Origin: Candidatus Methanomethylophilaceae archaeon
GTDB lineage: Archaea > Thermoplasmatota > Thermoplasmata > Methanomassiliicoccales > Methanomethylophilaceae
DNA length: 64,000 bases
Reading direction: 5' to 3'
Assembly: GCA_050950505.1 (NCBI GenBank)
Contig: JBMNHS010000002.1
Coordinates: forward strand, 1 to 64,000
Part shown: positions 10,317 to 21,137 of the stretch, piece by piece
Position numbering within the stretch: the first letter of the stretch is position 1
Layout: each line of letters begins with the position of its first letter
Position numbers and translations under genes: made by a program
The notes under the pieces: model-generated
Database searches by the model: none
What the model was told of the DNA's origin: nothing
The model's input: only the letters and a program-made list of their open reading frames with translations

Positions 10317-10952
10317 ATGTCAGAAGATATCAGAATGTCTCCCGTGTTTCTTGCCCCCGCGGATCGGAAAATCACCGTGTTCGGAGGAGGCAAAGTGGCA
10401 TTGCGGAAATGCCTGCATTTCAGGGGATTTGAAATCAAAGTCGTGGCGGAAGAAATATTGCCGGAAATCAGGGAATTGGCGGATTCATGCGTCGAAACCA
10501 CAATCACCCTGTCCAATGCGGGGGAGCTCATGGAAGGCGCGGACATAGTGCTGGCTTCCACAAGTTCCAAAGAACTCAATTTCATGATCAGGGATATCGC
10601 AAAGAAAAAAAGAATTCCCGTGAACTGCGCTCACGGCGGAGGAGACGTACTCATACCCTCCACCCTCCGAAGGGGAGGATTCACAATCACGGTTTCGTCG
10701 GAAGGACGGGCCCCGGCGTTTCCGCCTTACGTAATCGAAGAAATAGACAATCATCTTGACGGAGGTTACGAGAAAATGCTGGAACTTCTGGTAAAACTCA
10801 GACCGGAAGTTATGGAACGGATTTCCGAACAGCCCGAAAGAGCAAGGATTCTTGCGGAAATTCTGGAAAACGAAGAAGTGTGGAAGTTGCTCCGTTCCGG
10901 CGATGCCGAGGGAGCATACGCACTTGCGGCGGAACGGGGCGGATTAAAATGA
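10317..10952 (+). CDS. sirC: Precorrin-2 dehydrogenase
   Basis: VFGGGKVALRK Rossmann motif, ITVSSEGRAP; first gene of the hem operon. Confidence 0.85.
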   Translation: MSEDIRMSPVFLAPADRKITVFGGGKVALRKCLHFRGFEIKVVAEEILPEIRELADSCVETTITLSNAGELMEGADIVLASTSSKELNFMIRDIAKKKRIPVNCAHGGGDVLIPSTLRRGGFTITVSSEGRAPAFPPYVIEEIDNHLDGGYEKMLELLVKLRPEVMERISEQPERARILAEILENEEVWKLLRSGDAEGAYALAAERGGLK

Positions 10953-12253
10953 TTGTGAGTCTGCACGCAACCCACGAATCCGCCGACGGAACCGAAAGTC
11001 TCAACGACATCGTGCCGAAACTCGGGGAAAAAATAAACACCCTGGTGTCCGGGGTGCCGGAAATAAAAGAATACGTTGTTGTCAACACCTGCAACCGTTT
11101 TGAAATATACACCGCAACCGAAAACAACAAAGAAGTCCGGAGGGTGTTCGAGGAAGCCATCAAAGAACTTTTCCCTTACGATAAAAGAAAAATCACTTAC
11201 GTTCTCGAGGATTCCGCCAGTATAGGACATCTGTTCAGAGTGGTCTGCGGACTGGATTCGCTGATTGTCGGGGAAAACGAAATTCAGCATCAGATCAAAG
11301 TTTCCTATTCCGAGGCCAGGGAGAACGGGCAGGTGGGAAAGATCCTGTCCCATTTCTTCAACCGCGCCCTGTCCGTGGGAAAACGGGTCAGATCGGAAAC
11401 CGCGCTGAACAAAGGCGCCGTATCCGTCGGTTCCGCCGCCGTGGAACTCGCAACGAGAAAACTCGGAACTCTTGACGGAAAGAACGTAACGATTCTCGGG
11501 GCCGGGGACACCGCCACGGTCATTGCCAAGAATCTTGTGGGAAAATCCCCGAACACCGTGTTCGTTTCCAACAGGACCTTCGAAAGGGCAAGGGAACTGG
11601 CTTCCGCCCTGGGAGGAGTGGCGGTACCGATGAGCCACAGGATAGAAGCGATGGAACACAGCGATCTGGTTCTTGTCGCCACCTCCGCCCCCCACCCCGT
11701 TGTCAGACACGAGCACGTAACCGAGCTTATGAAAAGGCGTCCCGATAAAAAATTGCTGATCATCGACGTGTCTCTTCCGAGAAACGTTTCGGAAGACGTG
11801 GCGGAAATTCCGAATGTTAAACTTGAGAACATCGATTCTTTGGAACGCATTGCCATGGAAAACGCCAACAAACGGAGAAAGGAAGTTCACGAAGCGGAAA
11901 AAATTGTGAAAGAAGAGTTGGAACGCATCGGCAAAGAACAAAGGGAACAGGATGCGAACGAAGTGATCCGCAACATCAGCATCAAACTCTCGGAAATCCG
12001 GGAAGAGGAACTGAGAACGGCTGTTTTGCGTTCAAAAACAACCAGCCCCGAAAAGGTCATGGAAGATCTGTCGAGGGCACTGATAAATAAAATAACAGCA
12101 GAGGTCTACACAAACCTCAGAGTAGCATCGAGAAACGGCCAAAAGGATCTGTGTCAGAACATGGCCGAACTTTTCGGAGTTGAAAACAATGTACCCAATT
12201 ACACGTATGAGAAGGCTGAGGAAGAACAACAGGATGAGGAATCTTCTGTCTGA
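10949..12253 (+). CDS. hemA: Glutamyl-tRNA reductase
   Basis: TCNRFEIY, GLDSLIVGENEI, GAGDTA. Confidence 0.95.
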   Translation: MIVSLHATHESADGTESLNDIVPKLGEKINTLVSGVPEIKEYVVVNTCNRFEIYTATENNKEVRRVFEEAIKELFPYDKRKITYVLEDSASIGHLFRVVCGLDSLIVGENEIQHQIKVSYSEARENGQVGKILSHFFNRALSVGKRVRSETALNKGAVSVGSAAVELATRKLGTLDGKNVTILGAGDTATVIAKNLVGKSPNTVFVSNRTFERARELASALGGVAVPMSHRIEAMEHSDLVLVATSAPHPVVRHEHVTELMKRRPDKKLLIIDVSLPRNVSEDVAEIPNVKLENIDSLERIAMENANKRRKEVHEAEKIVKEELERIGKEQREQDANEVIRNISIKLSEIREEELRTAVLRSKTTSPEKVMEDLSRALINKITAEVYTNLRVASRNGQKDLCQNMAELFGVENNVPNYTYEKAEEEQQDEESSV

Positions 12254-13160
12254 GACGAGAATTCATCCTGGCGATTTGATTCTGCCGGTATTTTTTGATG
12301 AAAGACTGACCGACGTAAAGACGACGGAGTCCATGCCCGGCGTCAAAACATACCCTCTCAAAGGATACGGGGACATCGGCAACGGCATTGCGGATTCCGG
12401 CGTGAATTCCGTTCTCGTCTTCGGAATTCCCGGCAAAAAAGATTTCATCGGATCCGAAGCCTTCAATGACGAAGGCGTCGTTCAGAAAGCCATCTCGGGA
12501 CTGAAAGAAAATTCCGACCTGACCGTGATAGCGGATTTGTGTCTTTGCGAATACACCGATCACGGACACTGCGGCGTTCTTGACGGAAACGGATGGATCG
12601 AAAACGACGAAACCTTGGAACTTTACGGAAAAACCGCGGTATCCCAGGCCGCCGCCGGGGCGGACATAATAGCCCCCAGCGGAATGATGGACGGACAGGT
12701 TGCCGCAATCAGACGGGCGTTGGACGATGCAGGGTTCAAAGACATTCCCATTCTGGCCTACAGCGCCAAATTCTTCAGTTCTTTCTACGGACCCTTCAGG
12801 GACGTGGCCTGCTCATCTCCGAGTTCGGGGGACCGGGCAGGGTATCAGATGCCCTGCGGAAACCGCAGGGAAGCCATGAGGGAAATCGAGTTGGACGTGG
12901 CCGAAGGCGCGGACATGATAATGGTGAAGCCCGCCGGCCCCTATCTCGACATAATCCGGGATGCGGCCAATTCTTTCGATCAGCCTCTGGCCGCATACCA
13001 GGTTTCCGGGGAATACGCCACGATCAAAGCCGCCGCGGAAAAGGGTTGGATCGACGGCGACGCGGCGATGATGGAATCGCTGCTGAGCATCAAACGCGCC
13101 GGCGCCGACATGATAATTACATATTACGCCGAAGAAGCGGCAAGGAAACTGATTTTATGA
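12189..13160 (+). CDS. hemB: Porphobilinogen synthase
   Basis: CLCEYTDHGHC Zn site, SGMMDG, MVKPA, YQVSGEY. Confidence 0.97.
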   Translation: MYPITRMRRLRKNNRMRNLLSETRIHPGDLILPVFFDERLTDVKTTESMPGVKTYPLKGYGDIGNGIADSGVNSVLVFGIPGKKDFIGSEAFNDEGVVQKAISGLKENSDLTVIADLCLCEYTDHGHCGVLDGNGWIENDETLELYGKTAVSQAAAGADIIAPSGMMDGQVAAIRRALDDAGFKDIPILAYSAKFFSSFYGPFRDVACSSPSSGDRAGYQMPCGNRREAMREIELDVAEGADMIMVKPAGPYLDIIRDAANSFDQPLAAYQVSGEYATIKAAAEKGWIDGDAAMMESLLSIKRAGADMIITYYAEEAARKLIL

Positions 13161-14413
13161 CGCATTCCTCAGAATTGTACGACAGAGCATTGAAAAAGAG
13201 TCCCGGGGGAGTTTCCAGCCCCGTCAGGGCATACAAACCCAATCCGCTGTTCATAGAAAGCGGGAAAGGAAGCAAAATCCGAGATGCGGACGGAAACGAA
13301 TACATCGATTACTGTCTGGCCTACGGCCCCATGATTGCGGGACACTCCAACGATTATGTTCTGAACGCCGTGAAAAACCGGTTGGGAAAGGGAACGCTGT
13401 ACGGCGCACCCTCCGAAATCGAACTGGAACTCATTGAACTGATATCGGAAAGAATACCTTCCGCCGAGATGGTGAGATTGGCGGTTTCCGGCGCGGAAGC
13501 CACCATGCACGCAATCCGGGTCGCAAGAGGATTCACCGGACGGGACGGCATCGTCAAGATGAACGGCGGGTACCACGGCGCTCATGACGCCGTGATGGCA
13601 AACAAGGACAAAGGATACAGAAGTTGTCCCGGTTCCCCGGGAATACCTCCGGAAGCGGTAAAGAACACATTCAACGCGGAATACAACGACATCGAATCCC
13701 TGACCGAAGTGATCGAGGCGGAATCCCCCGCCTGCGTGATTCTGGAACCCGTGATGGGAAACATCGGTGTCATTCTTCCGGAAAAAGGATATCTCGAAGA
13801 AGTCCGCAAAGTCACCGAAGAAACCGGCACATTGTTGATTTTTGACGAAGTCATAACAGGATTCAGACTCTCCGAAGGGGGAGCCCAGAAATATTACGGT
13901 GTGACGCCGGACATGACCACCTGTGCGAAAATCATGGGCGGGGGATTCTCCGGTTCCGCATTCATGGGCAAAAAGGAAATCATGGAAAACATAGCTCCCG
14001 CCGGGAAGATTTACGCCGCGGGGACTTATGCGGGAAACCCGGTTTCCGCCGCCGCCGGAAAAGCTCAGCTGGAATACATGACCGGAAAGTATGACGCTCT
14101 CAACAAACGCGGTTCGGATCTCATCAACTCTTTGAAGGATTTCATGGAAGACAGCGGAACCGAAGGCTGCGTGAACGGCGTGGGTTCCATGCTGTCCGTG
14201 TTCTTCGGGGTCGATTCCGTGACCAACGGGACTCAGGCAACCGGCACCAACCGCGAAACATTCAACGCACTGTTCAGACACATGTTGGACAACGGCATTT
14301 ATCTGGCACCTTCTGCTCTCGAAGGATGGTTTCTGTCCACGGAGCACTCCGAAGCCGACATAACCGCAACCGCGGAAGCCTTTGATTCCTTTGTCAAGAG
14401 GGAAAAGAAATGA
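13157..14413 (+). CDS. hemL: Glutamate-1-semialdehyde 2,1-aminomutase
   Basis: PGGVSSPVRA, SGAEATM, FDEVITGFR, AKIMGGG. Confidence 0.95.
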   Translation: MTHSSELYDRALKKSPGGVSSPVRAYKPNPLFIESGKGSKIRDADGNEYIDYCLAYGPMIAGHSNDYVLNAVKNRLGKGTLYGAPSEIELELIELISERIPSAEMVRLAVSGAEATMHAIRVARGFTGRDGIVKMNGGYHGAHDAVMANKDKGYRSCPGSPGIPPEAVKNTFNAEYNDIESLTEVIEAESPACVILEPVMGNIGVILPEKGYLEEVRKVTEETGTLLIFDEVITGFRLSEGGAQKYYGVTPDMTTCAKIMGGGFSGSAFMGKKEIMENIAPAGKIYAAGTYAGNPVSAAAGKAQLEYMTGKYDALNKRGSDLINSLKDFMEDSGTEGCVNGVGSMLSVFFGVDSVTNGTQATGTNRETFNALFRHMLDNGIYLAPSALEGWFLSTEHSEADITATAEAFDSFVKREKK

Positions 14414-15285
14414 TTGTCGGCACAAGAGAAAGCAAACTCGCGATGAGACAGACGGAAATCTTCGTCGAGAAGATGAAAGAGAAATGCGGTATCGACGATT
14501 GTGAGGTCATCGGCATAAAGTCCCTTGGGGACAAAGATCTGAAATCACCTCTCTGCGGAATGAGCGTCATCGGCGCATTCGTGAGGGAATTGGACGACGC
14601 TTTGATCAACGGGGAAATCGACGTTTCCGTCAACTCGTACAAAGACATCCCCACCACCCTCAGGGAAGGTCTGACCATAGGGGCGGTTCTCGAAAGGGAC
14701 AGTCCCGAAGACATCATACTTCCCTGTTCCCTGGACGAACTTCCCGAAGGTGCCGTCATCGGCACATCGTCGGTGCGGAGAGAACACATTCTCAGACACG
14801 TGCGTCCCGACGTGACGATAAAACCCATCCGGGGAAACATCCACACAAGACTGTCCAAACTGGACGAAGGCGAATACGACGCAATAATTCTTGCGAAAGC
14901 CGGATTGGAAAGAATGGAAATCGACCGGCCTCACGCAATCCTTGATCCCAACGTGTTCATCCCCGCCGCAGCTCAGGGAACGATTGCCATCGAGTGCAGA
15001 ATCGACGACGGGAAAACTCTCGGACTTCTGAAGAAAGTCGACGATTACGCTTCAAAACTGGAAACAGGGGCGGAAAGGGGAATCATGAAACTCATGCAGG
15101 CGGGATGTTCTTCTCCCGTCGGCATAAACGCAAAACTCAAAGGGGACGAACTCAACGTGAAAGGCGTGTCTTTCACATACACCCCCGAACCCAGGTGGGT
15201 GGACACCTGGATTCCCGAGGATTTCATCATGGACGAAATGCTCAACATAGCAGATTATCTCACGGGCAAAAGGCCGAAGGTGTGA
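14410..15285 (+). CDS. hemC: Hydroxymethylbilane synthase
   Basis: VGTRESKLA, GTSSVRR, IRGNIHTRL, GCSSP. Confidence 0.95.
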   Translation: MIVGTRESKLAMRQTEIFVEKMKEKCGIDDCEVIGIKSLGDKDLKSPLCGMSVIGAFVRELDDALINGEIDVSVNSYKDIPTTLREGLTIGAVLERDSPEDIILPCSLDELPEGAVIGTSSVRREHILRHVRPDVTIKPIRGNIHTRLSKLDEGEYDAIILAKAGLERMEIDRPHAILDPNVFIPAAAQGTIAIECRIDDGKTLGLLKKVDDYASKLETGAERGIMKLMQAGCSSPVGINAKLKGDELNVKGVSFTYTPEPRWVDTWIPEDFIMDEMLNIADYLTGKRPKV

Positions 15286-15287
15286 AA

Positions 15288-16031
15288 ATGAAAGGCAAAG
15301 TATATCTCGTCGGTGCGGGTCCCGGAGACCCGGGACTCATAACCGTAAAAGGAAAAGAACTTCTGGCACAGGCCGATGTCGTCATGTACGACGCTTTGGC
15401 CAATCCCGGGTTCCTTGAACTGTGCAAAGAAGGCGCGGAATTGGTAAACGCCGGAAAGAGAGGCGGAAATCATCATCTGAGACAATCGGAAACCAACGAA
15501 CTTCTGGTGAAATACGCCAAAGAAGGGAAAACCGTGGTCAGACTGAAAGGCGGAGATCCTTTCATGTTCGGAAGAGGCGCCGAAGAAGCCGAAGAACTCA
15601 GAGCCGCCGGAGTGGACGTTTACGCTGTTCCCGGCGTCTCCTCATCCATAGCCGTGCCGGAACTCGTCGGCATACCCGTTACCCACAGGGATCACGCTTC
15701 GATGGTCACCTTCGTTACCGGTCACGAGAAAGAAGACCGGACCGAAGACAGAATCGATTGGAAAGCTTTGGCGGAAAGCCACGGCACCGTCGTGATAATG
15801 ATGGGTCTCGGAAACGCGGGGAGGATTTCAAAAGGTCTCATCGAAGGCGGAATGTCACCCGATACCCCGGCGGCCATAATAACCGACGGTTCGACTCCGG
15901 ATCAAAGAGTCGAAACCACCGTGGTTTCCGATCTGGAAAAAACCATCGCCGAAAAGGGACTGGAAGCTCCGGGAATAATGATTGTCGGGGATGTGGTCTC
16001 GGTCCGTGAAAAAATCGGGGATATGCAATGA
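15288..16031 (+). CDS. cobA: Uroporphyrinogen-III C-methyltransferase
   Basis: VGAGPGDPGLIT, RLKGGDPFMFGRG, VTGHE. Confidence 0.95.
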   Translation: MKGKVYLVGAGPGDPGLITVKGKELLAQADVVMYDALANPGFLELCKEGAELVNAGKRGGNHHLRQSETNELLVKYAKEGKTVVRLKGGDPFMFGRGAEEAEELRAAGVDVYAVPGVSSSIAVPELVGIPVTHRDHASMVTFVTGHEKEDRTEDRIDWKALAESHGTVVIMMGLGNAGRISKGLIEGGMSPDTPAAIITDGSTPDQRVETTVVSDLEKTIAEKGLEAPGIMIVGDVVSVREKIGDMQ

Positions 16032-16819
16032 TAAAACTGGGGTTCACAAGACCCGAAGAAAGACTCGGCGAATCCGTCAAAAAAGCGGAAGATCTGGGGT
16101 TTCGGGTTTTGGGCGCCCCATCAATGAAAATAATAACGGGAGACAAAGAAGAATTCCAAAAAATCAGGGATTATCTGTCTTCCGGCAAAGCTTCCTTCGC
16201 GGTTTTCGGTTCGATCACCGCGGTGGAAAAATGCATCGGTGTCTTCGGTGAAGAATTTCCTTCAATGTTTGAAAACGTCAGCGTGGTGTCAATCGGACCC
16301 GGCACCGGGAAAGCGTTGACGGATGCCGGCGTGAAGTCCGACATGATGCCTCAGGAATATTCTTCCTACGGCATCGTGGATATGCTCGAAAACAAAGTCA
16401 AAGGAAAAACCGTTTTACTGATAAGGTCCGACAGCGGAACCGAAGTTCTTTTTGAAGGACTTTCCGAAGCCGGCGCCGATGTGGTCACCATAGCCACATA
16501 CAGACTTGAAGAGTACGGGATGACTCCCGAACTGATCGAAATAATGAATTCAATAGAAAACGGGTATTTGGACGTGATGGCATTCACGAGTCCGAAATCC
16601 TCCCGGATATTTTATTCACAGATGAAGGAAAGATTCGGAGACCGAACGTCGAATCTAATGAATTCGGTGAAAATCGCGGCAATCGGAGGTCCCACCGCCG
16701 ATGCTTTGCGGAAGCTCGGCAGTGAGCCGGACATAATCGCTTCCGAGTTTACCTTCATGGGAATGCTGAAGAACATAATGTCATTTTTCGGCATGCCGGT
16801 TGCAGGCGACAAGGAATGA
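16028..16819 (+). CDS. hemD: Uroporphyrinogen-III synthase
   Basis: TRPEE, IGPGT, FTSP, AIGGPTA; last gene of the hem operon. Confidence 0.85.
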   Translation: MIKLGFTRPEERLGESVKKAEDLGFRVLGAPSMKIITGDKEEFQKIRDYLSSGKASFAVFGSITAVEKCIGVFGEEFPSMFENVSVVSIGPGTGKALTDAGVKSDMMPQEYSSYGIVDMLENKVKGKTVLLIRSDSGTEVLFEGLSEAGADVVTIATYRLEEYGMTPELIEIMNSIENGYLDVMAFTSPKSSRIFYSQMKERFGDRTSNLMNSVKIAAIGGPTADALRKLGSEPDIIASEFTFMGMLKNIMSFFGMPVAGDKE

Positions 16820-18136
16820 ATGGGGCAATTCCGGATTGGAATAATAAAACACATGAGGGAATCCCAGCATCAGGGATTCCGATCCGTGTATGCAACCGTA
16901 CCTGCGTCCCGACGTTCTTTCCGCTTGCCAACCGTCTCCGTCGTTGTCGGTGTTCCAGTAATGGAATTCGTGACCTTTTATTGAGCTCCCCTGAGGCAAC
17001 ATCTGGTTTTCACCGGGGCTCAGCGTGACATATCCGAATCTGGAGAGTTTGCCGCTGTGGGTGCATTTTCCCTTGACGAAGCCCACCATACGGTACATTT
17101 TGCCGTCAATGCCTTCCAGCTCTTCGTGAAGGTACATGAAACCCCCGCTTTCGGCAAGGCAGGGCATTCCCCCGTCAAGTTTTTCTTTGATGTCTTTGAG
17201 CATGGATGCGTTCCTGCCGAGTTTCTCGCCGTGAAGTTCCGGATATCCCCCGGAAAATATGAGTCCGTGAATGTCATCGGGCAATTTTTCATCGTTCAGG
17301 GGAGAGAATTCAACTATTTCCGCGCCGCAGTCTTTCAGCAGCGAAAGGTTGTCTTCGTAAGTGAAACAGAACGCCTCGTCCCGTGCCAGACCGATTCTGA
17401 CCGTACCGTCCAATTTGCCGAATGACGGTTTGTCGTACTCCAGATCTTCAACATTTTCGGCCAATTCGATCAACCGGTCGATGTTCAGGGTTTCTTCGAG
17501 AACCTCGGCAAGTCCCGAGAGTTTTTCTTTGAGCATCACAATCTCATCGGGCATCACCAGACCCAGATGTCTGCTTTCGACGGCAATGTCGTCAAGTTTC
17601 GGAATGTATCCGATCACTTCGATGCCGGTCTGTTCCTCTATTGCGGTTTTCAAACCGTCGTGAACGTGTTTGGACATTCTGTTGAGAATGACCCCTTTGA
17701 TGTTGTTGTCCCCGACGTAATCGACAAATCCTTTGATCATGGGTATGCAGGAGACACTGGCTCCTTTGCAGTCCACCACCAATATCACCGGAGCTTTCAT
17801 TATTTTGGCGACATCGTAAGAGCTGGCTTCGGAGGATGCGATGCTTATGCCGTCGTAGAATCCCATCACGCCTTCGATCACGGATATATCCGTTTCTTCG
17901 GCGGAACGGGCAAAAAGATACCTGAGCAGATTATTGTCACAGAAAAAAGCATCCAGGTTTTTCGATTCGGTGCCTATGACACGGCTGTGGAACATGGGAT
18001 CTATGTAATCCGGACCGCATTTGAAGGATGATACTTTCATTCCTCTGTCGACCAGAGCCTGAAGTATGCCGCAGGTTACCGTGGTTTTGCCGCTGCCGCT
18101 CGAAGGGGCGGCAATGAGGAATCTGGGATGTTTCAT
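16781..18136 (-). CDS. cbiA: Cobyrinate a,c-diamide synthase (glutaminase Cys replaced by Ser)
   Basis: SGSGKTT, FKCGPDYIDP, EGVMGFYDG, SRHLGL, GGYPEL, HEFHY; AESGG in place of AECGG. Confidence 0.9.
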   Translation of the reverse strand: MKHPRFLIAAPSSGSGKTTVTCGILQALVDRGMKVSSFKCGPDYIDPMFHSRVIGTESKNLDAFFCDNNLLRYLFARSAEETDISVIEGVMGFYDGISIASSEASSYDVAKIMKAPVILVVDCKGASVSCIPMIKGFVDYVGDNNIKGVILNRMSKHVHDGLKTAIEEQTGIEVIGYIPKLDDIAVESRHLGLVMPDEIVMLKEKLSGLAEVLEETLNIDRLIELAENVEDLEYDKPSFGKLDGTVRIGLARDEAFCFTYEDNLSLLKDCGAEIVEFSPLNDEKLPDDIHGLIFSGGYPELHGEKLGRNASMLKDIKEKLDGGMPCLAESGGFMYLHEELEGIDGKMYRMVGFVKGKCTHSGKLSRFGYVTLSPGENQMLPQGSSIKGHEFHYWNTDNDGDGWQAERTSGRRYGCIHGSESLMLGFPHVFYYSNPELPHSFLVACNRHAEK

Positions 18137-20109
18137 CGTGAACCGCCTCTGCAAACCGTGATGTAAACAGGATTCTGGGCGGTCATAAGATGATAGTTGC
18201 CCAACAGTCTGGCTTTCGATACATTGACGCAGAGCGTTTCTTCTTCGGTCAGGTTCAGTTCTTTGACGCAACGCATGGTTTCCGTCAATGTTTCCAAAGT
18301 CACGGACGTTATGACGATTCTCACCCCGGGATTCTTGTCAAGAAGCACATTGATTATGGATTCCAGATTCCCCGACGACCCTCCGATGAAGGCGTGGGTG
18401 GGTGTTGGGAGGTCGGCAAGAACATCGGGAGCCGATCCTTCTATGACGGTGATGTTCGGGGTTCCGAATTTTTTCCGGTTTTCCTTTATCAGAGACACGG
18501 CGTCTTTGTTCTTCTCTACGGCGTAAACCCGGCCGGACAAAGCGACCGAAGCCATCTCCACCGAAACCGATCCGGTTCCCGCACCCACATCGTATATCAC
18601 TGAATCTTCGTTGAGTTTCAGTTTCATGACCGACAGGGAGCGGACTTCGCTTTTGGTCATCGGCACGGAACTGCGGACGAACTCTTCATCGGAGATGCCC
18701 AGAGGGACGACGTCCGAAGCTTCGGGATTTTCGACGAACGCCACACAAAGCTTTCCAAGGGATTTTCCCAATATGTCTTCGGGACGGCCTCTGTCGATCC
18801 TTTCGTCCTGTGTGCCGAAATCCTGACCTATTGTTATTTTTACGTCGTCCAAACCGTACTCGATGAGTTCTCTGCACATTTCATGTGCGGATTCTTCCCC
18901 GTTCAGGAGGGTAAACAGTCTTCTGTGACGTTTCACAAGTCCCGTGATGTTCTCGTCCCTGCCGTGAACGCTTGTAAGATAAACATCGTCCCAGGATTCG
19001 CCGAGTTTCGAGAAAAAGTATGATACGGAAGATATCCCGGGCAAAACCGTGATGTCGTAATCTTTGTTTTTGAAAACCGACATCAATTTCTTCGTTCCGC
19101 TGTAATATCCGGTGTCCCCGGACATGATTACCGTGACGTTTCCGTATTCGGGATGTGTTTCAACATATTCCAGAATCTCTTCGGAACGGTATTCTTCAAG
19201 AATTTTTTTCCCGGAGAGATCGAAAGACTCCAACATTCTTTTGGCGCCTATGACGAGATCGGAATTTTTCACGGAATCGATGACAGCCAGAGTCATGCTC
19301 TCTTTGTTTCCGGTGCCGATTCCCCCGATGGTTATTTTTCTTCTTTTCTTGGGTATCGCGATTGAAAACATTTCGGCAAGTTTCTTTTCGGCCTCTTCGA
19401 CCGAAATTCCCTCATGTTCCGCGGGACGCCCGATCACTATGGGAATCACGCCGGCTTTCGCCGATGCGGACATTTTGTCTTCGAATCCGCCGGCCGACCC
19501 GGAATCTTTAGTCACCAGGTATCTGGCATTCACATGTTTCATCATGGCAAGATTCAGCTCTTCGCCGTAAGGACCCTCCATGAGCATCAGATTCCTGCCT
19601 TCGAATCCCAGGGAAGCGCATTTCTCCGCAACCGAAGACAATGACAGCACCCGGGCGAAAACTCTGTCTTTGTAACCGGGAATTGACGTGAACTCGGACA
19701 AATCGTTGCTTCCGGTGGTCACGAATATGTTTCCTTCGGTTCCGGAGAGATATTCCACTGCGGAAGGTATGTCGGGAAAAACCATGGGATTTCCGAAATC
19801 ATCGCTGTCAGGACGGATTATTCTGATCAACGGTATCCCGCTTGTTTCCGAAGCTTCCCTGATATGTTCCGATTTTCTCACGGCGTAAGGGTGGGTGGCA
19901 TCAACCACAACATCAAATTCTTTCATCCTTTCGGCCATGTTGTCCACGCCGCGGATGCTGTCCGTTTTAACGTAATCGTTTGTTTCAATCACGGATTCGC
20001 CGTATTCCGTGGCGGTGCTGACCGTTACGTCAATTTCGTTTTTACTGAGGAAATCCGTCAGTTCCCTCCCTTCGGTGGTGCCGGCGAATATCAGTGCTTT
20101 TTTCTTCAA
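18133..20109 (-). CDS. cbiJ-cbiET: Fused cobalt-precorrin-6A reductase / CbiE-CbiT methyltransferase-decarboxylase
   Basis: FAGTTEG, DATHPYA, TKDSG (CbiJ); SGDTGYYS, SVHGR (CbiE); PMTKSEVR, DVGAGTGSV (CbiT). Confidence 0.9.
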   Translation of the reverse strand: MKKKALIFAGTTEGRELTDFLSKNEIDVTVSTATEYGESVIETNDYVKTDSIRGVDNMAERMKEFDVVVDATHPYAVRKSEHIREASETSGIPLIRIIRPDSDDFGNPMVFPDIPSAVEYLSGTEGNIFVTTGSNDLSEFTSIPGYKDRVFARVLSLSSVAEKCASLGFEGRNLMLMEGPYGEELNLAMMKHVNARYLVTKDSGSAGGFEDKMSASAKAGVIPIVIGRPAEHEGISVEEAEKKLAEMFSIAIPKKRRKITIGGIGTGNKESMTLAVIDSVKNSDLVIGAKRMLESFDLSGKKILEEYRSEEILEYVETHPEYGNVTVIMSGDTGYYSGTKKLMSVFKNKDYDITVLPGISSVSYFFSKLGESWDDVYLTSVHGRDENITGLVKRHRRLFTLLNGEESAHEMCRELIEYGLDDVKITIGQDFGTQDERIDRGRPEDILGKSLGKLCVAFVENPEASDVVPLGISDEEFVRSSVPMTKSEVRSLSVMKLKLNEDSVIYDVGAGTGSVSVEMASVALSGRVYAVEKNKDAVSLIKENRKKFGTPNITVIEGSAPDVLADLPTPTHAFIGGSSGNLESIINVLLDKNPGVRIVITSVTLETLTETMRCVKELNLTEEETLCVNVSKARLLGNYHLMTAQNPVYITVCRGGSR

Positions 20110-21137
20110 ATCGGTTCAACTCCAAAATTAAATCTGTAAGATTCTCTGACCACGGCAACGGTCACGCCGTCAAGTCCGGTTTTTCTGATTATAAGTTCCC
20201 CTTTCGCCGAAGGGAGCATCGCGGCTCTTTCGCTGACGCAGTCCACTCCGGTGGTTTTCAACACGAAATCGGACTTGCTGAAGGTCCCTCTGAGGGTGTT
20301 CAGTTTTTTCGCGGGGAAAAACACGGAAGGCACATCGAGGGAATCGGAAAATTCGAGAATACCTTTCTCGTCACTTTTCAGGTCAATGCTGGCTATGAGC
20401 CTGACCCCTTCGATGGAAATGTCATTGTCTGACAACACTTTGCGTACAACGCTGTCGATCGTATCCTTTGACGTATCCCTCCGGCAGCCGATGCCAAGGA
20501 TGAGATTCTTCGGAATCAGCCTCAATGTTTTTTCGAAAACGGATTTGTTCGATGACGTAACGTAAATTCCATATTCTTCTTGGGATTCCGTAAGGTTTTC
20601 CGGAAGTTTTCCGGAGTAGGGATAATCGCTTTTGAAACCGATTTTTTTATTTTCAAGGACGGCGGCGGAGATTTCTTTCGCAATGACCATGTCGCTGATG
20701 ACCATGTTCTTGGTTGATGCGAAAGTGTCCACGGAGAATTTTTTGTTCAGATCTGTTGCGGTGGATATCACAGGCACCGCGCCGGTGATTGTCGAAACTT
20801 TGCGCGCAAGGTTGTTGGCTCCTCCGAGATGTCCGGACAGCAAAGAAATCGAAAATTTGCCCAGTTCGTCAATGCATACCACCGCGGGATCCTTGGCTTT
20901 GTTTTTGACATGAGGGGCAATCGCTCTAACGGCGATTCCCGTGGCTCCCACGAATATGATGCCGTTCGCTTCCAGGAAGGAACTGCGGGCCCAACGGGAT
21001 AAAGGCATATCAACGGGTATTGTGCCTTCGGAATTTCCCGTAGTCTTCGAGAAGACTATGTTCTCTTCTTCCAATCCTTCGGATATTTTAAGAGCCAGTT
21101 CACACCCCTTTGAAGAAAAGGCGATGATGTGGATCAA
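20106..21137 (-). CDS. cbiG: Cobalt-precorrin-5A hydrolase
   Basis: DPAVVCIDE, LLSGHLGGAN, STATD, GIGCRR. Confidence 0.92.
   Translation of the reverse strand: MIHIIAFSSKGCELALKISEGLEEENIVFSKTTGNSEGTIPVDMPLSRWARSSFLEANGIIFVGATGIAVRAIAPHVKNKAKDPAVVCIDELGKFSISLLSGHLGGANNLARKVSTITGAVPVISTATDLNKKFSVDTFASTKNMVISDMVIAKEISAAVLENKKIGFKSDYPYSGKLPENLTESQEEYGIYVTSSNKSVFEKTLRLIPKNLILGIGCRRDTSKDTIDSVVRKVLSDNDISIEGVRLIASIDLKSDEKGILEFSDSLDVPSVFFPAKKLNTLRGTFSKSDFVLKTTGVDCVSERAAMLPSAKGELIIRKTGLDGVTVAVVRESYRFNFGVEPI

Noticed and set aside
12189-12253. 65-nt hemA/hemB overlap as a recoding signal
   Set aside because: Both genes are complete; best explained by a dispensable acidic HemA tail
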